Assembly (NCBI GenBank): GCA_026416665.1
Contig: JAOAET010000041.1
Coordinates: forward strand, 10,425 to 74,424
From: Candidatus Omnitrophota bacterium
GTDB taxonomy: Bacteria; Omnitrophota; Gorgyraeia; Gygaellales; Profunditerraquicolaceae
DNA length: 64,000 nt
Reading direction: 5' to 3'
Shown here: one piece after another, positions 56,059 to 64,000 of the stretch
Numbering within the stretch: position 1 is the first letter of the stretch
How the letters are laid out: each line of letters starts with the position of its first letter
Made by a program: the position numbers and the translations under genes
Notes under the pieces: model-generated
The model's database searches: none
What the model was told of the DNA's origin: nothing
Seen by the model: the letters and a program-made list of their open reading frames with translations, nothing else

Positions 56059-56940
56059 ATGTTAGAAGATTTTCCTGTAATAGATATTATTACTGTAAAT
56101 TATAATGGAAGACATTTTTTAGAAGAATTTTTTACAGCTATCGTAAATCTGTCTTATCCCAAAGATAAAATTCGCCTTATTTTTATAGACAATAATTCAA
56201 AAGATGGCTCTATAGAATGGGTAAAAAGTCAGAAAACAGATTTTTCAGTTATTCTGCTAACAAATAAAAAAAATCTTGGTTTTGCGACAGCCAACAATCT
56301 TGCTTTTAGAATATGCAAAGCAGAGTTTATTGCATTATTAAACAACGATACTAAAGTTGAACCTGACTGGCTTGTTTGGCTTGTTCGAGCAATAAGAAGC
56401 GACAGTGGTATTGGGATAGTAAGTTCAAGACAACTGCCTAAGGAATCACCGAGGTTAATTGACCCTCAAAGCAACGAAACCAGTTGGTGTAGTGGAGGTC
56501 ATTGTCTTATTCGAAGAAGTTGTCTAGAGAAGGTAGGTTACTTTGATGATAAATTTTTTATGTATGGAGAAGATGTAGATTTATCTTGGCGTATGTGGCT
56601 TCATGGCTACAAGTGTCTTTATGTGCCAGAGGCGATTTGCTATCATCATTATAAGAGCCCTGAACGTTTTATAGAACGTAGGCTTATGTTTCATGTGAGA
56701 AATTCTATATTGCTTCGTTACACTTATGGAAGACGGTATGACATTCTAAGACAAGTTTGGAAGTGGATTAAAGAAGCATTCGCCTTTGCCCTAAAAAGGG
56801 GTGACTTTAAAAAAGCATTTGCGATATGCTCAGGAGTTTTTCTACATGCATTCTGCATAGCGCATTTTATTCAAAAAGGTAGGCGATTAAAAAGATTCTC
56901 TTCTTTCGAACAGGTGAAGCAAAAATGGATAACTCTGTAG
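56059..56940 (+). CDS. glycosyltransferase family 2
   Basis: IDIITVNYNGRHF...IFIDNNSKDGS...ALLNNDTKVE GT2 (GT-A, DxD) pattern. Confidence 0.7.
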   Translation: MLEDFPVIDIITVNYNGRHFLEEFFTAIVNLSYPKDKIRLIFIDNNSKDGSIEWVKSQKTDFSVILLTNKKNLGFATANNLAFRICKAEFIALLNNDTKVEPDWLVWLVRAIRSDSGIGIVSSRQLPKESPRLIDPQSNETSWCSGGHCLIRRSCLEKVGYFDDKFFMYGEDVDLSWRMWLHGYKCLYVPEAICYHHYKSPERFIERRLMFHVRNSILLRYTYGRRYDILRQVWKWIKEAFAFALKRGDFKKAFAICSGVFLHAFCIAHFIQKGRRLKRFSSFEQVKQKWITL

Positions 56941-57704
56941 GGCCGAAGATTTCGGCAGTAGTAATGATTTACAACGAAGAAAGGCAAATCAAGGATTGTC
57001 TAGAAACTATCAAATGGGTTGATGAAATAGTTATCTGTGACTCTTTTTCTACGGATAGAACCGTGGAGATATGCCGTAAATATACTGATAAGATATTTCA
57101 GAGGAAATTTGATAATTTCGGAAATCAGAAAAAATGGCTTTTAGATAAACCTTCCTACCAGTGGGTTTTGTTTGTTGAGGCAGACGAGCGGTTTAGTCCT
57201 GAATTAGCTGTAGAGATACGCCAACGCCTAGCAATAGATGAAGGCTATGATGGATATTGGATACCTTTTAAGAATTTTGTTTTCGGACAACAGATGAAAG
57301 GAGATTTTTGGAATTTTAAGAAGATTAAACTGTTTAAGAAGGAAAAAGGTAGTTGGCAAGATAAGTTTGTCCATGCTGGATTCATACTAAATGGAGTTGC
57401 CGGTTGTTTATCTAATTACGTTTTTCATTATCCTTATCCTAATCTTAAAATAATGTTAACAAAGCAGTCAAGGGCTGTTCGTCTTGAGGCAAGACAACTT
57501 TTAAACAGCAACAAGAGAATCGGTTGGGGGGATGCATTTCGGGCTTTATACTGGGTGCCTCTTAGGTTTATCAAATTTTTTTTCTTGATGAAGGATTATA
57601 AAAGTGGATTTGCAGGTTTAATATTTTGTTTGGTTACCTCATTTTATGAGATTGGAATAATTTATCATTACTGGAAATTAAAGCTATGGGAAAAGCAGGT
57701 TTAG
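56925..57704 (+). CDS. glycosyltransferase family 2 (small, LPS-core-type)
   Basis: ISAVVMIYNEERQI...VICDSFSTDRT...VLFVEADERF pattern. Confidence 0.6.
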   Translation: MDNSVGPKISAVVMIYNEERQIKDCLETIKWVDEIVICDSFSTDRTVEICRKYTDKIFQRKFDNFGNQKKWLLDKPSYQWVLFVEADERFSPELAVEIRQRLAIDEGYDGYWIPFKNFVFGQQMKGDFWNFKKIKLFKKEKGSWQDKFVHAGFILNGVAGCLSNYVFHYPYPNLKIMLTKQSRAVRLEARQLLNSNKRIGWGDAFRALYWVPLRFIKFFFLMKDYKSGFAGLIFCLVTSFYEIGIIYHYWKLKLWEKQV

Positions 57705-58636
57705 TTTCGGTTATTATTATTAACTATAATGGCTGTGATTTACTTAAGGAATGCCTTTCTTCGGTAACAGCACAAAGTTATGCTCCTATTGAGATTATTG
57801 TAGTAGACAACGGCTCAGTTGATTCTTCTGTGGAATTTTTAAGAAATAATTACCCACAGGTAAAACTGATATTGAATAAAGAAAATCTCGGTTTTGCCGA
57901 GGCAGCGAATCAGGGAATACTTAAAGCAAAAGGAGAATTTATTGCTTTATTGAATAACGACGCTTGTGCCGACCCACATTGGATTTCTTCTTTGGTAAAA
58001 GTAATGTTAGAAAATCCTCAGATAGGTAGTTGTGCATCAAAGTTAATTAATTATAACGACCATAAGATAATTGACGCAGTGGGATTGTTGTTACATCGTG
58101 CAGGATTTGCTAAAAGCAGAGCACATCAACAAGTTGATAGTGGACAGTTTGACATAATTGAAGAGGTCTTTGCTTGCCACGGAGCGGCTGCCTTTTACCG
58201 AAAGAAAATGTTAGAAGAGATTGGTCTATTTGATGCTGATTACTTTGCCTATAATGAAGAGTTTGATTTGGGGTTGCGTGCACAACTTGCTGGTTTTCGG
58301 TGTTTATATGTGCCACAGGCAGTGGTTTATCATCAAGGTGGAAAAACACGTGCAAAACAGGATGAGGAGTTTCGCCTTTATCATATGGAGCGTAATCGGC
58401 TATGGACGATCTTCAAAGACTGGCCGATTGGTTTTTTCTTTTTTTGTTTTCCTTATTTTTTAAAGTATGAGTTAGAAATTTTATTGAATTTAAATAAGTA
58501 TAATAAAAAAGCAGTGATAAAAGCACGAATAGATTTTTTAAAAAGGCTACCACAGATTCTGAAGAAAAGATATTATATCCAACGTAAAAGAAAAGTTTCA
58601 ATTAAGTATTTACGTAACCTGATTAAGAATAATTAA
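57686..58636 (+). CDS. glycosyltransferase family 2
   Basis: VSVIIINYNGCDLL...IIVVDNGSVDSS...ALLNNDACAD GT2 pattern. Confidence 0.75.
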   Translation: MGKAGLVSVIIINYNGCDLLKECLSSVTAQSYAPIEIIVVDNGSVDSSVEFLRNNYPQVKLILNKENLGFAEAANQGILKAKGEFIALLNNDACADPHWISSLVKVMLENPQIGSCASKLINYNDHKIIDAVGLLLHRAGFAKSRAHQQVDSGQFDIIEEVFACHGAAAFYRKKMLEEIGLFDADYFAYNEEFDLGLRAQLAGFRCLYVPQAVVYHQGGKTRAKQDEEFRLYHMERNRLWTIFKDWPIGFFFFCFPYFLKYELEILLNLNKYNKKAVIKARIDFLKRLPQILKKRYYIQRKRKVSIKYLRNLIKNN

Positions 58637-58641
58637 AAAGT

Positions 58642-59757
58642 ATGCATATTGGTTTTGATATAAGACCGCTAATATTTACTAAGGCAGGTATTGCTCATTA
58701 TTTATATGGATTGATAAGCTATCTTTCACAAAACATGTGGCTACAGTTGCATCTATTTTCTTCGGGAAAAACTAATATAAAGTGGAATTCTTCGAATATT
58801 GTAGAACATCTTTTGCGGTTACCCCACCTAAATAATCTCTGTGAACAATTTTGGCAGGAGGTCCTTCTTCCTTGGGCAGTTGATGCCAATAAAATAGATG
58901 TTTTCCACGGCTGTCGTTTTCATATCCCTAGGTATTTACATTGCCCTTCAGTAGTAACTATTCACGATTTAGCTTTTAAAAAGTATCCTCAATTTGTTGT
59001 TTTAAGCGCAACGAAACTATTTGATAGGTATATTACTATTTCTTCACAGAAAGCCGACACTATTATTGTTCTTTCAGAGACTACTAAGAAAGACCTAATT
59101 AATTTTTATGAAGTAGATCCAATTAAGATTAGAGTTATTCCCCTTGCACCTTGTATTGATTACATACCAACAGCGGAACATATAGAAGTGACTAAACAAG
59201 AATTCTCAATTAAAGGTGAATACATTTTATTTTTTGGGACCATTGAACCACGAAAGAACCTGACTACCCTAATTAAGGCATATGCCAATTCTTCTTTTAA
59301 GGATAAATATTACTTAGTTATTGCAGGGCCTAAGGGCTGGCTTTATGAAGAGGTATTTAAAACTGCAGAAAGATACAATCTTTCTAACAGGATAATTTTC
59401 ACAGGGTTTGTTACCGAACAACAAAAAGCCTGTTTGTATGCCGGATGTAAAGTGTTTGTTTTTATCTCTTGGTATGAAGGGTTTGGTATACCTGTAGTGG
59501 AGGCAATGCACTTTGGTAAGGCAACAGTTATTTCCAATACTTCCTCTTTAGCAGAGTATTTTAAAGATGCCAGTTGTATGGTTGAGCCTGATTCTATTGA
59601 GTCAGTCAAAAACGCCCTTGAGCAGGTTTTAGAAGATCGGCATTTCAGAGAAGAATTAGAGAAACGTTCTAGAGAGAAAGTCAAAGAGTTTAGTTGGCAG
59701 AAGACAGCTTCTTTGACCTTACAAGTATATAAAGAGGTTTACGACAAAAGAAAATGA
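58642..59757 (+). CDS. glycosyltransferase family 1 (GT4)
   Basis: C-terminal YEGFGIPVVEAMHFGKATVIS (EX7E-type GT-B motif). Confidence 0.75.
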   Translation: MHIGFDIRPLIFTKAGIAHYLYGLISYLSQNMWLQLHLFSSGKTNIKWNSSNIVEHLLRLPHLNNLCEQFWQEVLLPWAVDANKIDVFHGCRFHIPRYLHCPSVVTIHDLAFKKYPQFVVLSATKLFDRYITISSQKADTIIVLSETTKKDLINFYEVDPIKIRVIPLAPCIDYIPTAEHIEVTKQEFSIKGEYILFFGTIEPRKNLTTLIKAYANSSFKDKYYLVIAGPKGWLYEEVFKTAERYNLSNRIIFTGFVTEQQKACLYAGCKVFVFISWYEGFGIPVVEAMHFGKATVISNTSSLAEYFKDASCMVEPDSIESVKNALEQVLEDRHFREELEKRSREKVKEFSWQKTASLTLQVYKEVYDKRK

Positions 59758-60884
59758 GACGTAAGATATTAATGATTGATGTTGGTGGTTGGGGTGGAAT
59801 TACCCACTATACTTATAACCTTATGCAGGCATTAGCAGAATGTAAAGAAATAGAAGTAGCGCTTTTAACCAATAAAGATTATGAGTTAGACCATTTACCC
59901 AAGAAGTTTAGCATCTTCAAAGTCCCTTTACTTGGTCAGTCATATTTACGGACAATACACAATATTTTCTCGGTTATTTTCTGTTACAAACCCCAAATTA
60001 TTCATATCCAGACAATGGTAAGTGCCCGTAAGGATTGGTTCTGGTTTATGTTAGCAAAACTTATAGGCAAGAAAATAATTCTCACCTGCCATAATGTTTT
60101 ACCTCACGAGGATATTGAAAAAAATGCTTTTTTTATGAAAACTGCTTTTCGGATTATTTATTCATCAGCAGAAAAAATTATTGCTCATTCTCAATATAGT
60201 CGTAACCGATTAAATAATTTTTTTCAAATTGATTTAGCCAAAATTGTAATTATCCCTCATGGGAATTATTTATTTTTTAGAAAACAAGAATTATCTCCCA
60301 AAGAAGCAAGGAAAAAATTATCTATTGCAGAAGACAAAAAAGTAATCATAAATTTTGGAGCACTACGATATTACAAAGGAGTAGATGACCTGTTGTGTGC
60401 TTTGGATTTGTTGCGCAAGAAGAGGGATAATGTTCTGCTTATTTTGGCAGGTAAACCTATGCATGTACCGGAGAATTATTTTGAGAAGTTAATTGAACAG
60501 AAACAGTTAACCGACTATGTCCTTTTTAAGAAGGGTTATATCTCGTTTGAGGATATTGCTGTTCTTTTTTTTGCAAGTGATTTAGCTGTGTTTCCCTATC
60601 AAGAAATAGATACAAGTGGCTCACTACAACTTGCTTATGCATTTGCTAAGCCCGTAGTAGCAACCAAAACTGGCAGTATGCCAGAGGTAATTGAAGACGG
60701 AGTAAATGGTATTTTAGTTGAACCTGGTAATGTTCAGGCACTTGCTGAAGCAATGGAAAAAATCTTGTTTAATTCCGATATTACTAGTATGTCAGAGGCT
60801 TGTTTTCATTTAGCTAAAGAAAGATTTAGTTGGGATTTAATTGCACAAAAAACAGAGCAGTTGTATAAAGAGATTAAAATATGA
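59754..60884 (+). CDS. glycosyltransferase family 1 (GT4)
   Basis: FPYQEIDTSGSLQLAYAFAKPVVATKTGSMPEVIEDGVNG GT-B C-terminal motif. Confidence 0.75.
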   Translation: MRRKILMIDVGGWGGITHYTYNLMQALAECKEIEVALLTNKDYELDHLPKKFSIFKVPLLGQSYLRTIHNIFSVIFCYKPQIIHIQTMVSARKDWFWFMLAKLIGKKIILTCHNVLPHEDIEKNAFFMKTAFRIIYSSAEKIIAHSQYSRNRLNNFFQIDLAKIVIIPHGNYLFFRKQELSPKEARKKLSIAEDKKVIINFGALRYYKGVDDLLCALDLLRKKRDNVLLILAGKPMHVPENYFEKLIEQKQLTDYVLFKKGYISFEDIAVLFFASDLAVFPYQEIDTSGSLQLAYAFAKPVVATKTGSMPEVIEDGVNGILVEPGNVQALAEAMEKILFNSDITSMSEACFHLAKERFSWDLIAQKTEQLYKEIKI

Positions 60885-62362
60885 AACAAAATTTCTTTTT
60901 GATATTTATTATTATTTCCTTTTTACTGTTGGGTGGAATTGGTATTAAACCGCTATTAGGTCCTTATGGTGATAATGCCCGTTATCTTGTTCTTGCTCAG
61001 TCACTGTTAAAGAAGAAAGGTATGCGCCTAATAAACTATCCTCATCAGCCTCCTGAACCCAAGGTGCCTATAGGTTATCCTTTAGTTTTGGCTACTGTTA
61101 TGACTTTATTTGGGCAAAACTTTGTGTTACTGAAATGCAGTTCTTTATTTTTTATGGCAGCTGGTTTTTTTACTTTTTATTTTGTCCTTAGAGGATACAA
61201 TTTTTATGGGTTATCTACTATTTTAGTTCTAATGACTGCTATTTTTAACATGCATTTTTTAGAGCATAGCCGTGATTTGTTTGTTGAACCGTTATTTATT
61301 TTACTTTTTATGCTGGTATGTTTGTTTATGGCAAAATATGAACAGGGAAATAAAAAATTATACCTTAAAATAGCATTTATTCTCTCATTAATTACTTTCT
61401 TCGTCCGACAGATTGGCGTCATCTTGCTTTTGGCAGAAGCCATAGTTTTGGCGCGTAGGAAAGAACGTTTATTATCGCTTTTCTTTGTTATTGTTTTTTT
61501 ATGTTTAGTAGCATTTTGGATATTTCAAAATATGCAGTTAGAAAACACTTATCTTAAAGAATTTTTAAGCCAAGGTTCTTATCTACTGCCCAGTCCTAAA
61601 AAAATAACTTTCTTCAGTCTGATAAAGCGCTATAGTTATGAGACACTGGTTTATCTGGGAGATATAGTAATTGATTTTCTTTTTCCTTTAGCAGGTTACA
61701 TAAAACCAAGAACAAATTTTTGGGCCCTTAAAATATTCTTTTCCTTGAGCGCTTGCGGATTAACCCTATTTGGATTTTTACGGTTACCATTGTTGCACCG
61801 TAAAAGTTTTCTGGCAATTACCTCTATTTTATATGCGCTTTGTCTTCCTTTATTTCCCACCTATGGTATCCGTTATTTACTGCCGATAGGATTGGTTATT
61901 ATTTTTTATTTTGTATGGGGTATAAGGAATATAAAACTGCCGAGGGCAATTATTTTAGTTATTGTTATCTTGTTAGTTATTGGTAATCTTTTTTCGGCAA
62001 TAAGTGATTTATTCAAACCCCAGCGTATTTTTTCTGATAGCGTTAAGAATTTCTATGCAGCGTTAGAATTTCTTAAGAAAAATGTTTCTCCTGCGGTTAT
62101 TGTCTGTAGAAAACCATATTTAGGTTATATTATTTCAGGCCACAAAACCTTGGGATTTTCTACCTCTACAGATGTGGCTTATCTTTACCAAGAAATGATT
62201 AATCAAGGTGCTACCCATGTGATTGTTGATAATATTGATATTGCTGGAATAAACCTTACCAGAAAATACGTTGAACCAGTAGTTAGAACCTTTAAAAGTA
62301 ATTTTAGACTTATTTATAGGTTAGAACACCCCCTTACAGAAGTTTATGAGATTATCCGATGA
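60881..62362 (+). CDS. polytopic membrane protein, possibly ArnT/PMT-like (GT39/GT83) glycosyltransferase
   Basis: 493 aa, more than 10 TM segments, N-terminal periplasmic-loop acidic residues. The family assignment is tentative. Confidence 0.4.
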   Translation: MKQNFFLIFIIISFLLLGGIGIKPLLGPYGDNARYLVLAQSLLKKKGMRLINYPHQPPEPKVPIGYPLVLATVMTLFGQNFVLLKCSSLFFMAAGFFTFYFVLRGYNFYGLSTILVLMTAIFNMHFLEHSRDLFVEPLFILLFMLVCLFMAKYEQGNKKLYLKIAFILSLITFFVRQIGVILLLAEAIVLARRKERLLSLFFVIVFLCLVAFWIFQNMQLENTYLKEFLSQGSYLLPSPKKITFFSLIKRYSYETLVYLGDIVIDFLFPLAGYIKPRTNFWALKIFFSLSACGLTLFGFLRLPLLHRKSFLAITSILYALCLPLFPTYGIRYLLPIGLVIIFYFVWGIRNIKLPRAIILVIVILLVIGNLFSAISDLFKPQRIFSDSVKNFYAALEFLKKNVSPAVIVCRKPYLGYIISGHKTLGFSTSTDVAYLYQEMINQGATHVIVDNIDIAGINLTRKYVEPVVRTFKSNFRLIYRLEHPLTEVYEIIR

Positions 62363-62457
62363 TTACTTTTGTTTAAGGGCAAATAATGATTTTAATAAGA
62401 GTTAAGTAAAATTGGTTATTTAAAATATTTACTTCAAAATTCAGTATAGGCAGATAT

Positions 62458-63306
62458 ATGTGGAAAATAGCAGTGGTTGTTGTAACACGTAATAACTGTG
62501 ATATGCTTAAACAGTTAATTAATGATTTAGAAAAACAAACATTTAAGCCGAAACAAATTTGGATTATTGATAATGCTTCTTCGGATGGAACCGAAGCATT
62601 TTTACAGAATTTTTCACCTCCCTTTTTTTATGTTCGGTTTAGTCAGAATACAGGCAGTGCTGGCGGTTACTACGAAGGAATTTTGAGAGCAAAGCAGGAT
62701 AATGATGCGGTATGGCTTCTTGATGATGATGTAACCGTTTCTGAAAATGCCTTAGAAGAATTAGTTAAACATCTTGATTTGCTAGTAAAAAAGAAGCCCA
62801 TTGGAGCAGTTCGTAGTTGGTGTGCAAGCGATTGTCCCTATAAAGAACCGTTTTGCACTGACAGTTTTGCTTGGCGTGGCACCTTAATTACTGAGGAAGC
62901 AATTTCTACTGTGGGTCTGCCACAGAGAGATTACTTTCTCTATGCTGATGATACTGAGTATGCTTTACGTATAAAAGAAGCCGGTTTTTCAATTTTTTGG
63001 GTTCCCTCCAGTCGTGTTATTGAGAAGCGATTAGCGGATAAAGAACTAATTGGTAAGGGGGTCTTTAAGACAACACTTGTTAGAGAGCCGGCCAAACTTT
63101 ATTATGCCTTTCGTAATCAACTGCATGTAGGAATAAAATACAAGAAATGGTGGCAGGTTGTTAAAACATTTTTGTTTGCCGTTAAAGTTATTTTTGTTTT
63201 TTCTTTAGGCAAGAGAAAAGAGAGTGAAAAAATTATTGCGGTAAAATTGGCACTGAAAGATGGTTTTTGTGGTCGTTTAGGAAGACATCCACATTATATT
63301 CTATGA
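62458..63306 (+). CDS. glycosyltransferase family 2
   Basis: IAVVVVTRNNCDML...IWIIDNASSDGT...VWLLDDDVTV GT2 pattern. Confidence 0.7.
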   Translation: MWKIAVVVVTRNNCDMLKQLINDLEKQTFKPKQIWIIDNASSDGTEAFLQNFSPPFFYVRFSQNTGSAGGYYEGILRAKQDNDAVWLLDDDVTVSENALEELVKHLDLLVKKKPIGAVRSWCASDCPYKEPFCTDSFAWRGTLITEEAISTVGLPQRDYFLYADDTEYALRIKEAGFSIFWVPSSRVIEKRLADKELIGKGVFKTTLVREPAKLYYAFRNQLHVGIKYKKWWQVVKTFLFAVKVIFVFSLGKRKESEKIIAVKLALKDGFCGRLGRHPHYIL

Positions 63307-63439
63307 GGTAAGTTTATAGTTATTTTGAAATTAACATTTACAGCTGATACAAAAAAAGTCATCTGACGGTAATCATCTTAAAAAGTAGTTGTAAATTAAT
63401 TTTATCCTGTTTTTAATAAAAGGTAATATTTTCAATTTA

Positions 63440-64000
63440 TGGCAAGGCGGATTCTTTACATTACAGATACCGGTGAGATTCGTGGTGGAGGAGAGATAAG
63501 TCTTTTACTGCTTCTGCAAAATATCTGCCGTAATAAATACATTCCTGTAGTAGGTGCGCCAACTTCGGGAAGTTTTACAGAGCAGATTTCTGCATTGGGT
63601 ATTAAGGTTAAAAAATTTAATTACCGCAAGATAACTAATCTCATTAATATCGTTGTTACACTTAAAACAATTAAGCATTTATGTGAAATTATTGACGAAG
63701 AGAAGATAAATCTTGTACATACTAATTCTACGGGTGGGGTAGTTTTGTTAGCAAGTATTGCTTGTTTGTTAAAGCATACACCTTTGGTTTGCCACACAAG
63801 ATTGCTTTACCCTGGGTTTTTAACAGAACTAATTCAAATTATTTTTGCTAAGAAAATAGTGGCTATATCCCAAGCAGTGGCTAAGAAGCCCTTATATCGT
63901 TTATTTTCAAACAAAGTGGTATGTATCTATAATGGTTTAGAGTTACCTGTTGTTACGGATAAAATAGATAAAGAAATATTCATAAGAGAGCTTGGTTTGT
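63440..64000 (+). CDS. glycosyltransferase family 1 (GT4), 3' partial at window end
   Basis: N-terminal RILYITDTGEIRGGGEISLLLL GT4 N-domain pattern. The ORF runs off the end of the window. Confidence 0.55.

Noticed and set aside
1-64000. tRNA/rRNA/ncRNA genes
   Set aside because: No cloverleaf-like or rRNA-like conserved stretches were recognisable by eye. Intergenic regions are short and AT-rich. I cannot exclude small ncRNAs without covariance-model searches (Infernal/tRNAscan).

Overview
This is a 64 kb window of low-GC (about 35%) bacterial DNA, most likely from a diderm, possibly uncultivated, lineage. It is almost entirely coding, with about 63 genes, 60 of them on the + strand. I found no rRNA, tRNA, CRISPR array, transposase or integrase. 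Everything below is by-eye motif and family recognition without database searches, so the calls need HMM and BLAST confirmation.

Gene order along the window:
- 0-5.3 kb: housekeeping genes. These are a DUF362/ferredoxin protein, a UPF0237+UPF0210 pair, a lysophospholipase-like hydrolase, and glucose-6-phosphate isomerase.
- 5.3-13.6 kb: a c-di-GMP and two-component regulatory island. It holds a REC-GGDEF(variant GGDDF)-MshEN protein, a REC-AraC regulator, a PAS histidine kinase, two single-domain response regulators, and a PAS-GGEEF-HD-GYP protein.
- 13.6-22.7 kb: membrane and envelope genes. These are DUF360, DUF502, ExbB/ExbD, YggT, a class-A beta-lactamase-fold serine hydrolase, a monocistronic tetraheme cytochrome c3, and a second PAS histidine kinase with its response regulator.
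- 22.8-38.2 kb: an unusual envelope machine locus with two tandem paralogous modules. Each module has a MerR-like HTH-only small protein, a secretin, and a coiled-coil protein (1175 aa and 314 aa) with a C-terminal TPR domain. The modules are joined by a PilP/GspC-like protein, an ExeA/MshM-like AAA+ ATPase, a stand-alone HD-GYP protein, a 590 aa coiled-coil protein and a Wza-like polysaccharide export protein.
- 38.3-48.1 kb: a RiPP-like radical-SAM cluster. It has two discrete PqqD-like RRE proteins, a B12-binding rSAM, an rSAM-SPASM enzyme, an unannotated 52-aa Cys/Thr-rich candidate precursor with a lasso-type YxxPxL leader, an HprK-like P-loop kinase, an S24-like/GNAT/nucleotidyltransferase fusion, a TPR protein and a convergent ABC exporter.
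- 48.2-64 kb: a Wzx/Wzy-dependent polysaccharide locus. It has a Wzc-like BY-kinase, an O-antigen-ligase/Wzy-like protein, a Wzx flippase, a methyltransferase and nine glycosyltransferases.

The best candidates for an undescribed system are the duplicated secretin/coiled-coil-TPR/ExeA/HD-GYP/Wza locus and the rSAM+PqqD+kinase peptide cluster that sits inside the EPS locus.
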